Assembly: GCF_964355755.1 (NCBI RefSeq)
Contig: NC_092673.1
Location: forward strand, 32,981,648 to 33,045,647
Direction of reading: 5' to 3'
Length of the DNA: 64,000 nucleotides
Source: Antedon mediterranea
Taxonomy: Eukaryota > Animalia > Echinodermata
The notes under the pieces: model-generated
The model's database searches: none
What the model was told of the DNA's origin: nothing
The model's input: only the letters and a program-made list of their open reading frames with translations
Part shown: one piece after another, positions 26,910 through 39,462 of the stretch
How positions within the stretch are numbered: the first letter of the stretch is position 1
Layout of the letters: the number at the start of each line of letters is the position of its first letter
Program-made: the position numbers and the translations under genes

Positions 26910-28229
26910 CTTAAAATAGAAAAACACTTTGGATTTGTTTTATGTATCTATCGTTATCAATTCAAAAATTGTTTTTTATCTATTTGGAGATTGTAAAAAG
27001 GTTTAATTCAGATCCACATCCGGCACCGTCGCTTGAGTTTGAAACATAAATGAACATAAATACATTAGAGAACTAGAATTGAAAGAGTTCCTAATAACAT
27101 AAAGTATTATTTTTTGTTGTGTATTGTCATATTTTATGGCCAAAAAATTAAAAGATAAAGGTTTGTATAGACTTTTATGATTTAAAACACAGCAAGTTAT
27201 AAGCGTTTTCTGAAAGAAAATTAGGACATATTTTTAAAGTGAAAAATTCAGAAATAGCTTAAATTTGGTCTGTTTGACATATTATAACATGACATTTGGG
27301 AAGGAGGCGAGACAGTGTGGTTGTACACTTTACAAAGTTTAAACTATACAGTGCAAATCCAAATTAGATCATAAAATAGTAAATAAAATTTGCATCGGCC
27401 GATGTATCATTGCTATTTTGAACCACCTGAACATAAGGTTCGGCCAATTAATATTTTGTTTGCCTCATCCTCAATCATGGTCCCTCCACTGAAATCTCGC
27501 ATCGGCTCAATCCATTAATTCCAAGTTGGAACTTTGATAGGATTTTTACTTAGGCCTAATTTCCGGTCAATTAAAAGGCCATATTATTCTCAAAACTGTT
27601 TCTTAACTCACAAAGGTTGGGGAGTGGTGGTGGACGAGCCTCTCAGTGTGTATTCCAGATTAGTTTTTTAAATAATAACCGTCATTAACTTTTTTTTATA
27701 GTTTCAGCATTAATATATTCCTAAATGCTTGAAGTTTCAATGTGACGGGTTCTCTTCTTTAAAAAAAAAAGATGCAACAAAGGCCGCAGAGACAACATCA
27801 GGCCTTAGAACATCCCAGCTGCAAATGACTCGGTTGCCAAAAATATCGCTTTTCAATGTATTGTTTTATTTTTAACTTTTTGGAATTCCGACGCTTGCCT
27901 GTACCACCTCACGTAAGATAGGTTGTAGCTAAGGATGGTTGCTTACGACGGTCGTTTTAGAGAGGTGATCGCGTAAAGAAACGCATTTGCACATTATTTA
28001 GACATAGATTTGTAAAATATATAACATTTTCTAAATTTGCTGTGATAGTAACTACATTAGCTGTCAAGCAATTTTCGTTACTACATTGACCGTTCTACAT
28101 TAGCTGGTGTTGATTTTGTATTAACTGCTTAAGCTGGAGGTTTCACTACATTAGCGGTGGATTGTTCTACGTTAACGGTTGCTTCAAGATTAGCTGGCAT
28201 TTTCTACATTGGCGGTGGTAACAAGTTGG

Positions 28230-29720
28230 TTCAACAACACCCTCTTTGATAAAGATGCAAAGTTTGAAAATTTAGCACAACATCTTTCTATGCAAGATGA
28301 GTGCAAAAATATTGAAGAATACTGGGGGGAAATGAAAACTGCAATTTATGACTGTGTTTGGTAAGAAGATCAAAAACAACCCAGATTGGTTTAAAGAAAA
28401 GTATGAAAAGTTCCTGCCTGTCATTGAGAAGAAACCTACAGCTCTGTTAGCTTACAAGACTACACGGCATAATCTTGCTCCTACGTTTAGCCAGGGCAGA
28501 TGTGCAATGAGTTGTGCGCCAGTGCATTAACAAGTACTGGGAAGAACTTAGTGCTCAGAGAAAACAAGATGCTGACACAGGGTACTTGAAGGGCATGTGT
28601 AGAAAGAAAACAGCACAATTTTAAGACCGAAATGGTAATCTTCAGGCAAGGCTGGTGGTATACCAACTGAAATTGTTAAAGCAGGTGGCCAGACTCGTAC
28701 ATCATCTGCATGAGATTATTAGTTTCTGTTGGTCTCTTTACAACGTCTGCTGCCTTTAGCTGCGAAAAGAATCTCAATGTGGTTTTTGCTCTGGAAGATA
28801 TACCATTGATATGATTTTCTCTATTAGGAAGCTGCAGGAAAAATGTGTATCGATCTGTTATCCATCAATCTCACTAAGGCGTTTGACCTTATTAATAGAG
28901 ACTGTCTATTTGAAATCCTAAGGAAAATTGGATGTCCACCTACTCCAATAAATATTATCCGATCCTTCCATGAAAGAATGCAACCTACTGTCAAGTACAA
29001 TTATGCAGTGTCTGACTCATTTGATGTCGAGAGAGGAACAAAACAGAACAGAACAGAAGATGTTCTTGACCCTCTACTCTTTGGGATTTACTTTGCAGTC
29101 GTCCTCCAAAGAGCTTTTTTACCATAATCATATGGAAGGAGTTTGATTGCATTGTAGATCTATTGGCAAGCTGTACACCCCGGCCAAACCAACTGGCCAA
29201 AACAATTTTTCTGGAAACTGTACTGGAAATTGTCTTACCTTGGTCCAGTTATAACTAATAGTAACTCTCTTGATTGCGAACTAAACATTCGAATCGGAAG
29301 ATCTTCTAGTAGTTTTAGTCAGTTGTCTGTACGTGTTTGAAAAAACAAAAATATTAGAGTGACTGTGTATGAAGATCAAATTGTATATGGCATGTGTCAT
29401 TAGTGTCCTTTTTGTATGGAGCTGAATCGTGAACAACCTATGCTAGACCAGAAAAGAAACTAAATGTCTTAAATATCAGATGGCAGGACAGGGTAACAAA
29501 CAACAGTATCCTTGATAGATGTGGCATTCCTTCGATGTTTACATTAATTCGACAGCGAAGACTACGATGGCTTGGTCATGTCAGAAGAATGGATGATACA
29601 AGAACTCCAAAGGTTATGCTGTGGGGTGAGCTAGCGAATTGCAAACGATCTTTTTTTGCGTTTCAAAGATGCATGTAAAAGAGACTTGAAGGCCATGGAT
29701 ATCAATGTTAACACCTGGGG
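28230..29720 (+). mobile_element. Decayed RTE-clade LINE
   Basis: Fragments KNNPDWF, INLTKAFDLINR..LFEILRKIGCP, DPLLFGIYF, YLG..I, RQRRLRWLGHVRRMDDTRTPK. Confidence 0.85.
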
Positions 29721-29721
29721 A

Positions 29722-29833
29722 AAAAGGCCATATAGATGGCTGCAGTCCTGTGTGCAAATTTGAGTTAATGTTTACCTACCGACCGACCGACCGACATAGT
29801 GAGCTATAGAGTCGCGTTACATACGACTAAAAA
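29722..29833 (+). mobile_element. Short Helentron/DINE-1-like non-autonomous copy
   Basis: aaggcc..., (CCGA)n, then catagtgagctatagagtcgcgttacatacgactaaaaa; same family as 38671-39462. Confidence 0.6.
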
Positions 29834-30164
29834 GGCTGATGACCGAAGGTCATAGAAAGACTGTATTCAGTCATTCCTCATTTTCTCCACATTATATTAT
29901 GACACGTTCGTTAATTTCCTTAAGGGTTAGAGTATCTTCAATTGACCGTCACAAAACAATTCGTATAAACAATTTAAAAAACTCATTATCTCTATATCGT
30001 GATATCAGATTTTTTTTTAATCCCAAAATATTGTATATATAAATATTGGTCATATACAGTGGTATCCCAGAATGTTTCAAAAAGTGGCTCCCTCAGACTC
30101 AAAATTGTACTGAGAGCGGGGAAAAGTATAAACATATAATATATATTAGCCCATAGACGCAATC

Positions 30165-31530
30165 ACTGGGTGGCAAATGGCCGGGTGGCAAATGGCCGGT
30201 GGTGGCAATTGGCCGGGTGCCAAATGGCCTAGGTGGCAAGTGGCCTGGGTGGCAACAGGCCGGGTGGCAAATGGCCGGTGGTGGCAATTGGCCGGGTGCC
30301 AAATGGCCTGGGTGGCAATTGGCCTGGTGGCAAATGGCCGGATGGCTAAGGCCCGGGTGGCTAAAGGCCGGGTGACAACATACCTAAGGTGGTAACAGGC
30401 CGGGTGGCATTATTTTTTTCTATTAGGAAAGAAACTATAGAGTCTGTGCATTTATGAATATTCATGATGTGACGGAAAAACTTAGAAATAGTTCCCACAC
30501 GATAATCGAAAAATGTTGATATCTTGTCGCGCTAGAACTGCTAATGCACGAAAAGAAACGTTACAAATGTTGCTTATGTTTGTAAAATAGTTATTTCTTG
30601 ACATCTAACAATGTACATATTAGAAATTAAATTAATTAATTAAAAACCACAAACCTCTAGAATTAGCAAGAACTGTTGTTACCTTCCTGTGGTCCACATT
30701 CAATGTTTAATATTATCTATATTTTATAATTTTCAAAAACGACCTGGTGGTAATTATCCTAGGTATTTTTATGGTATTTAATTTGTAATAAAAAGTTCAA
30801 TTTCAGGCAATATCATTCCCCAAAAAGAAAAATGTGTATGTTGCAGATGTAGATTTTCCGTTCAAACCACGCCTATTTTTAAAGTTAAAAAATATAAGCA
30901 ATCTCAACAATTAAATAAAATATATAGTAAGTATGGGCCTATAGCATATAATTATATATAGCTAGCCTACATTTTAAATATACAATACAATATAAAACGG
31001 GCCTAGGCCCTAAGATTAAGAAGCCATTTTACTTGTTAAATAAACTTTGTTGGTCCTAGTCCTAGACCTACCTACTCCTCGTCATAGGGTAGTTAAAACG
31101 AACACCAAATAATTAATAAAGGAATGTGCTGTTATATATTAAATTAAATGTTGTTAATATACCTGAAGTAGGGGAATATCACCATTGATCACCACACACA
31201 AACACCTCAACAAAAACATAGATATTATATCAGTGAAGAAGTAGGCCTCTCTTCACTGATATTATCGAAGACTAGCAAGATCTGCTTTCGCTCGCGAAAC
31301 GTGTGTCTTGCAAGTATGACGTCATGATCTCACGCATGCCTCGTGAATATTCACGCCCTCTATAGCGTATGCCTTAACCTATTAGGAAAAAATAATGCGG
31401 CCGGGTGGCAACAAGCCGGGTGGCAAAAGGCCGGGTGGCGAAATGGACGTGTGGCAAAAGACATTATGAGGAAAGGGCGGGTGGATAATAGGCCGAGTGG
31501 CAAAAGGCCAGGTGACAACGGACCAGAACC
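30165..31530. repeat. 15-bp GC-rich minisatellite (ggccgggtggcaaat) split by an insertion
   Basis: Arrays at 30165-30406 and 31398-31530 are in the same orientation. Confidence 0.85.
30407..31397. mobile_element. MITE of about 990 bp, Mutator-like (9-bp TSD)
   Basis: Imperfect TIR gcattattttt..cta(t/a)tagg..ctatagag. ggccgggtg lies on both flanks, but the flank is itself repetitive. Confidence 0.55.
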
Positions 31531-32329
31531 TAAAATATAAATGTGTAGCTTTCAGTTACAATACAAAAATTACCATAGAAAAACATTTATATAAACAGTT
31601 TGAAAAGGGGAAATTTTGCTATTTTCCCCAATCACACAGACAATAGTAATACTGTACGTTGTTCGTTGCAGATGGGTACCGGTATTTATTATAAAAATTG
31701 GTGAAAACTTTAGGCTAACAACACGTTCAAGTTTCTTTACTCACTTTTTTCTTCTTGTTTACTTGTAGTTGCCAACTCCGCAGAAGCTATTTTTGCTTGG
31801 TCCGATTCCTCTGTTTAATATAACCAATCATGTGTAAATTACATTTTACAATTCTCATTAAAAAAGAAAAAAAAAATCCGAGAAAAACACAATATAAAAA
31901 GTTTTGAATAAAGGGGGATGTTATGTTGATATAAGTTTGCAATACACCACGTGTATATTGTTCTGAAATGAACTGCTGATGTTTTTTAACGCAAACCTTC
32001 AAACAAAATGGATTTTGCTATTTGTTTCACAATCACGCACATAAAAGTAATACTGTACGTCCTTTGTTGCAGATGTTACTGTAAATGATTATAAAAGTGG
32101 GTGAAAAACTTTAGGCCAATCACACGTTAAAGAATCTCTAGTTACTCATTTTTCGTCGTATACCCCAATTCCTACGCTTAGATACCAATAATGAGTCAAA
32201 AGTAACAAGAAACTTTATTCGCGCCTTTACAAAATGGCGGCTAAAAAAATGGTTTCATTTATAAGCACATTTTAATTTTAGTTACAAATCCAATATCTGA
32301 AATAGAAATATTTAATTGAAATTTCTTAC

Positions 32330-32665
32330 CTATTTCCTTCAGTTTTCTCACAGCAGAACAAAAAAACTTGTAACGAATTGTAACATCAATAACCTCTTGT
32401 CGCTGGAATTCGTCTACTATTTTTGTTGCTAAAACTTTGTGCAACTTTCCACTTGCATACACTTCCCACAGGTCTTCCAATGCTTTAGTGTCATATGCAG
32501 CTACGCGTAACACTAAAGATCCAGATTCTGCTGAAATAGAGTCTACATTATGTTCACGCTTGAAAAAATCAGCAAGCTTATACACTCCAGCAAAAAATAA
32601 ATTGATAGGCGATGATGTCCAGTTTGAACTTTGATTTCTACTCAGATATCATATTAACTGCACAC
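32330..32665 (-). CDS. Paralogue A exon 4, TRADD-N-like module, with in-frame TGA at 32649-32651
   Basis: tttttaag|GTGTG...ATAG|gtaag, 336 nt, phase 1-1; motif SGSLVLRVAAYDTKALEDLWEVYASGKLHKVL. Confidence 0.72.
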
Positions 32666-33049
32666 CTTAAAAACAAAACGTGAAACTCTTATACTAAAGA
32701 TGTAAGAACATGAACAATAAAGATTAGGCTAAAAAAACTATTTAATAGTTTAATTATTCACGTTTTTTTTAAAATGTAAAACATATTTTATTTTATTTAA
32801 AAAAGATATTTAATTTTATATTCATACAGGATAAAGGATAATGATGGAGCACCTGCTTTACATATAATCTGGTTTATAGAAAATAAAAGGTTAAAAACAT
32901 GCATATACAATTCTTTAAAACTTGCTAAACGGTAAAATAACAAATAAAGTAAAAAATATATGTACATTTATGATAAAAGGAGTGAAAATACAAAAAAAGA
33001 ATAAAACACATTTGTAATTGGACAAGGTACAGGTAGTGACTTAAACAGA

Positions 33050-35420
33050 AGCAATAAAATAGTTTTAAAAGACAATTTCTGAAATGAATCCTCACATACA
33101 ATCATTATCAATATAACTGTTCTCAAAATGTTAAAATAGTGAGGATTTATATTGAAATATTTGTTTACAATTTGGATGATTCTTTAACTTCTTGCAGTAG
33201 ATCATTCCATACATGAGCGTCGGCGAATTTTAGTGAAGTCCTCATTATTTTTACATTAGGGTTAGGGGAAACCATAATTATTAAGAGTATTGGATTGCCT
33301 AGTATTATGTCCATGTTTATCGAACACAATTTCTATATCATTGCATAGTCTTGAAGGTGCAGTGCCAACATTTGAACATTAAACATGATATCGCATAATT
33401 TCTTCTTATATTTGAAATGTTTTCTAAGATAGATAATTCATTATATCACGTCACCACGCGTCGTTTTATAATTTAAATTGTTTGTAATTAGGTATAATGT
33501 TCTCATTAAATGTTTATTTTTAATTGTATAAAAACCTAGATAGTAAATTTAATTTTGCACAGACAGCTTTTGTTACCGTTGTAATATGGTGCTTCCAAGA
33601 TAGCTTGTCATCAATTTCGAGTCCTAAGTACCTAATATGTGAAACATTTTCAATACACTGATTTCCTAGAAGAGCTTCAAGTTTACAATATCGAGTATTG
33701 CATATCTATTTTTAATTTATATTATGTCCTTGTGGTATTCCGATTTCAATGTTTCTTTTTTCTGATATCTTATTATCATATTTAACAACCTGTTCTCTTT
33801 CACTAATGTAATTTTCAAAACATTTAATCTCATTATTCATAATACCGTAGTTTCGTACTTTTTACTCGGGTACCCGAGTTTAGGACTCTCTCATCCTCTC
33901 CATCTGGACACTATTGAGCCAACTTTCAAGTCCTACTAGTTTTTTACGCGGCTCTAAAACATGGCATGCATATACTAGGGTAATAGGTGAACAAAGCTAT
34001 AGAGATAAAATGCTCGTACTTCAACCGGATGCAGAATTATGACGTCATAAACATGGTACCAATCGAAAATAAAAAATTTATAAAGTACTCCTCCCTTATT
34101 CGTTGTAGTATTGAGCTGGGATTTGGCATGAATATACTACAGGAACATTTCCTCAAAGCTATAGAGCCGTATTTTTAGTCTCTACAGCTCACTATGTCGG
34201 TCGGTTGGTTGGTCGGTTGGTCGGTAAACACTAACTTGTATATGGCCTTGTCTTGACAGTTTCATCTAGCTAAGTCAATTTTTCACAGTATATTCCTTAT
34301 GGCCAGGAATCGATGTGATTATGTTTTCACGGTGCGTAATAAAAAATTACGCGGTGGGTCTACGCACGATTTAACGAAATCACGTTTGTAATCATATCTT
34401 CACCAGCATGAATCACATGCCAAATAAAATTTGGTACTCATAAATTTCAGGGCATAAATCATCATATGGCAATACAATTACGTGCGTAGCGCATGTAAAG
34501 CATGCGTACGCACGCTTAAAATTTTCAAAATTTTCAAAATTTATTTTTGATGAAATATATATATATATATTTTAAGCGTTTAAAAAATTGCCATAAGTGC
34601 GCAGATTTTGTTAAATGTTAATATGCACTCTTTTTGCCCGATTTCTGTTTTACAACCTTTCTTTAATAATATCATCATATTTTATTCACTTTTCAACTCG
34701 AAATTACGTTATATGAGCACGTCACGTGTATAGTATAGTCGATTGGTTGGTCGGTCGGTCTGTAAACATTAACTTGAGCACGCGACTGCAGCCATCTATA
34801 TGGCCTTGTTTAATTTCAAACCGGATGCAGCCATATGACGTCTCGAAGATGGTACCTTGGTGCCAGACAATTTTCGTCGTAATATAGCCGTGTTTGGTGA
34901 CATTTCAAAGGTCTTGACTTGGAAAATAAGAATATATACAGTAAAACCTATTTATGATATTGTGACGTCATTTCTGCTCCCGGAAATAGCAAAAAATAGC
35001 TGTATTTGGTAGCGAGGTTATTTATGTGTATGTGTCTTATGATGTCATTACAGCTTCTTTTGCTGTACCCCGAGTATCGCACATTCGTGCTTGTTCCAAT
35101 AGCAGAGCGTGATCAACAGTGTCGAAACATTTGGAGATATCTAAAAAACATGTTCCGATCATTTCATGCTCATTTAAAGATTCAATCCATTCATCGATCA
35201 CTCTATGCAAGTAAGTCATTGTTGAATGGTCTTTTCTAAATGCATATTGGTCTATATAGTTATTAAGTTGAATTTGTTTAAATAATCCGTTAATTGATTC
35301 TGTATGATTCTTTCCAGAAATTTAGAAACATGACAAACTACTGAAATTGGTCTATAGTTACTTTATATTTCGTTTGCCTTTCTGCTTTCTTCCAGTCCAT
35401 GAGCTGACATTGCTTCCCTA
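33050..35420 (-). mobile_element. Decayed CR1/L2-type LINE fragments interrupted by later insertions
   Basis: IGTCFLDISKCFDTVDHALL (35037-35219), YLGLEIDDKLSWKHHI near 33590-33640, and a 3' FADAHVWNDL remnant near 33200. Confidence 0.7.
33940..34812 (-). mobile_element. Helentron/DINE-1-like non-autonomous element(s)
   Basis: Reverse complement of the 38800-39330 core (e.g. tcataaatttcagggcataaatcatcatatggcaatacaattacgtgcgtagcgcatgt), (GGTC/GGTT)n tracts and a ggccttgtt end. Confidence 0.65.
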
Positions 35421-36015
35421 TAAATTACGGTTTATCAGGATTTTTTTTTTCTATCTATAATTTTTGGATGACTTGATTTTTGATGAATGACTATAATTAT
35501 TATGTGACATTTATTTATTTATTTTTAAAGGGGCGGGGGGGTGACGCTCGTGTTGCTTCTTCACTGTCGACAAATAAGGAGTATTATCAATGTGTTATTT
35601 TATAATAAACGATAGATATTTTAAGCCCGGCTGGCGATATTTTTACCTACAGGATAGTTGGGGCATTACAAGATATTAGCCAATCAGAATATTGTATAAT
35701 TTTAAGATAGCCGGCCTATTTCCTAAATAACGGAAATTCTAAATACTATTTTAAAAAACATCGAAGACCTTAGTCTTTACAAGTGTGCCACACAAATTGG
35801 CTTGCCGAAAACCGTTGATACGATTTATGTCCCCCTGTCCTAATTTATGCAATGACGTAACCCAAGATGTAATCTATATATACACGTCCTGATTGGTTAA
35901 TATTTTGTGATGGGCCCAACTAGTATGTAAATAAATTAAATCTTGCATCCGGGACTACCTTTAATTAACTGTAAAATGTACTAAAATACGAAGTACATAA
36001 ATATAAGCACAATAC

Positions 36016-36060
36016 CTTTACATTGACATGCTTCCAGATCAATGTCGGGTGATTGGCCAT
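36016..36060 (-). CDS. Paralogue A exon 3 (45-nt linker)
   Basis: tttttatcttccag|ATGGC...TAAAG|gtatt; phase 1-1, reads (D)GQSPDIDLEACQCK(G). Confidence 0.7.
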
Positions 36061-36308
36061 CTGGAAGATAAAAAAAAATCTATTTACATTTACTGAAAAA
36101 TGTGTGTATGCATCAATAACTAAATTTGAAACATAAATAATGAAAATTGGCTGCTATATCTCTGCATGTGTGAAAAAACCTAACCAATACAGTATATAAT
36201 AATAGTACAGTACTATTATTGCAATGCACATCATGGAACGGCAAAGACATGCATGATCGAACCACCAATATAATACCGTATTTAAAATATAAAAATATCA
36301 AAGCTCAC

Positions 36309-36641
36309 CCTTTTTCTGCAGTTCTCTTAAAGCAACTGTGTAATCGATTGGTTTAATGTCTGTCGTCCAATTATCTATAGCCATTTGCTGATGCTGTGGA
36401 TCAATGATGCCTACTAAACTCTTGAGAAGCTTTTTATTTGAATGTATATCCATTAATGTTAATAAGCCAGATTGATCATTTATGTTTAGATAAAGTAATA
36501 GTGAGGTTGGATACATGTTCAATGTACTCTTAATTAGATGAACAGATGGACATACATTTCTGAAATATTCTCCAAGGAGAGGATGTTTCCAGTTTAAGGA
36601 TGATTCTGGTGTTGGATCAAAAGTTATTGGAAGTTCTGAAT
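36309..36641 (-). CDS. Paralogue A exon 2, diverged TRADD-N-like module
   Basis: ttttatag|ATTCA...AAGG|gtgag, 333 nt, phase 1-1. Size, phase and pattern match exon 4 (SS.NW..P...F; SL.L....D...L..L......KL.K.L; ends ALRELQKKG vs AVRKLKEIG). Confidence 0.72.
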
Positions 36642-36825
36642 CTATAAAAGAGAAAAACACTAAAATTACAAAGTAAATAATGATGATAATAATGATGTTT
36701 GATGATAATTAATCATATTTTGAAAAGAAATACTAAAGACAAAATGGAACAAAACTAGTATTTTTTTTAATGAAAGCATTATGCTTCCTTTTAATATCGT
36801 AAATAATACAATGTGCATACATTAC

Positions 36826-37351
36826 CCCTATCAAGTAGTAGATTTTTTGCACGTTGGTTAAGACGAAGTGCAAAGTTCTCAATTTTACGTGGTTCATCCG
36901 CTAATTCTCCGATACTCTCTAGTTTGAAAACTACAATCCAAATGTTTCGGAAGTGAAACTTTCTCAGATTGTAGTAAGCGATAACTTGTGATAACCTCTC
37001 TTTCTGAATTTCTTGTAAGGCTTTAAATAGCCTTCTCCGGTATGGTGACAATGGTTGTATATCAGTATTATGAACTCTGTTTGTCTTCATATACTCTAGT
37101 ACAAGATCTTCAGCAGCCTTAATTTGTGTCAGTTTCACAATGTCTAACAACAGGTTGACATTAGTAGGTAGGATGTAACCTTTTAGCTCAAGTTTATTGA
37201 ACAAATCATGTGCTATTAAACCATGCTCGTCGAAGTCTCCGAAAGGTAGGTGATCGCATAGGCAGAATTTGAGCAAACGATACTGATCCCCCTTGTAGTG
37301 TTCACCAAGATTAGCTTTTAAGTCCCTGAAGTTCATATTCAAATTTGCCAT
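36826..37351 (-). CDS. Paralogue A first coding exon: tandem death-effector-domain-like folds
   Basis: FRDLKANLGEHY...LLKFCLCDHL...DLFNKLELKGYILPTNVNLLLDIV, then LSPYRRRLFKALQEI...VFKLESIGEL. Donor G|gtaat at 36825; 5' acceptor tttttgcag at 37372-37373. Confidence 0.75.
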
Positions 37352-38670
37352 TTTATTGCATTTTGGTTTTGCTGCAAAAAGTAGTTTAGAAGATGTAGTG
37401 ATGTTGCCAGCAACATTAGCTCAAATTTTATTGTCTCATTAATCACTGAAATTAAAAATAAAGATTGGTTTACTGATACATGTTTTCGAATAAAAACCTT
37501 CCATAAAAATTTATCCATAACAATTTTTGCTTTCATTAGGATGGTAAATAGTTAAAAGCAAAGGATAAACGATTTCTTTGTAATTATTCTGAACACAAGA
37601 TTTGTGTAGGGCCTATTCGCCCTGGACAGGAGGAATTAAATAGAAATAATTTCCATACATACTGTTAAATTACAGAGCTTCCTACTTCCTACACAGTCAT
37701 TTACGTAGTCAAACTATCCATACCCATAATAACTCAGTAAGCTACGGTCTATAACTACTACGTCTTGAAAGATGTACTAGGTTCTTTAAAGTGCACATGA
37801 GCATTTTGGGTACATAGGCCGTAAGCAGTAGCTAAAAAAGGCCTGGAAAATGAATTTCGTTCCAACGTTCGGGGCCTAGATTTTGAGAGTTGAGATTTTG
37901 AAATGAACATATTTCCCACACTATTATCAAAAGTTCTCCACAAAATATCCAGTCAATTTCGAGCAATTGCCCCTCAAAGGTACCCCCTACTGCAAAAATA
38001 GCACTTTTTTAGGTCTGGACCAATTTGTATGTAGTAATAACATTACAAACACTTGACCAAGTGTTATTATATATTTACCATGTGGGTAGTCAAGTGGATT
38101 ATAAACACATATCTAAAATTTCAAATTTAAATCTACGTATTCTGTATGTGAGAAAAACTGAAAAATTTAGATTATTTAGTCAATTTGAGACTTTTTGGGA
38201 TTTTTTAGATGCAGTATCTTCATAAATAATTCACATACTATGTTTATATTTTCTGTATGACTTCTTGAGAGGGTTGGTAAACAGCATATAAAAAAAAGTG
38301 TGATTTTTTACAAATTGTATAGATAATTTTGAGGTTTTGGCCATTAGGAGTGATATCTTAGAAAATAACTTACTATTCTTGTCTTTATATTCAGGCATTC
38401 GGGTATTCTAGTTGAATAGTGACACACCGGTGAACTTTCAGCGAGAAAAAATGATTACACACTCGATTATTGTAACTGAAAAATTGCATTTTTTTGTTTT
38501 TAGTGTAAATTTAAAAACACTAGAGGGTTCGCTCTGGAAATTGAAGCCCGGGTGACACCTATGCATATGACTTATGAGTAATGTATGTTTATTTTGTGAT
38601 GTTTCATGGTGGTCCATAAATTAAGTACGCCAAAAATATTGCTTCCAGGGTAATATAGCAAATTAGAGTT

Positions 38671-39462
38671 TAACAAGGCCAACAGCCATTAAGTCGCGTG
38701 CTACAATGCATAGTGATACCGGACCGACAGACAGACCGACAGACAGACCGACAGACCGACAGACAGACAGACAGACCGACCGACCGACATAGTGAACTAT
38801 ACTGACCGAAATTACTGAACATGTTTAAAAATGTTGAAATGTTTAAAAACATTTATATTTTTTTAATTTACACGTGCGTAGCCTGTCACTTTTGACGTGC
38901 TCGTATAACGTAATTTCGAGTTGAAAAGTAAGTCAAGAAAACAGAAATCGGGCAAAAAGAGTGCGCAATAACATTTAACGCGCAGTGCACGCGCAAAAAT
39001 ATGCGCACTCATGGAAATTTTGTAAACGCTTAAAATTGCCTGAAACGTACTCTTATTTCATCGAAAATAAGTTTTGAAAATTTTAAGTGCGCGTACGCAT
39101 GCGTTACATGCGCTACGCACGTAATTGTATTGCCATATGATGATTTATGCCCTGAAATTTATGAGTACCAAATTTTATTTAATTGTGATTCATGGTTGTG
39201 AAGATATGATTACAAACGTGATTTCGTTAAATCGTGTGTAGACCGCGTAATTTTTTATTGCGCACCGTGAAAACATAACCACATTGATTCCTGGCCATAA
39301 GGAATATACTGTGAAAAATTGACCTAGCTAGATTAAACTGATATCAAGATAAGGTCAGAAAGCGATAAAACGCATAGTGATACCGGACCGACAGACCGAC
39401 AGACAGACCGACCAACCGACCGACATAGTGAACTATAGAGTCGCTTCCACGCGACCAAAAAA
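38671..39462 (+). mobile_element. Helentron/DINE-1-like non-autonomous element
   Basis: taacaaggcc start, two (CCGA/CAGA)n tracts and a 3' hairpin gtcgcttccacgcgac followed by aaaaa. Confidence 0.65.
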
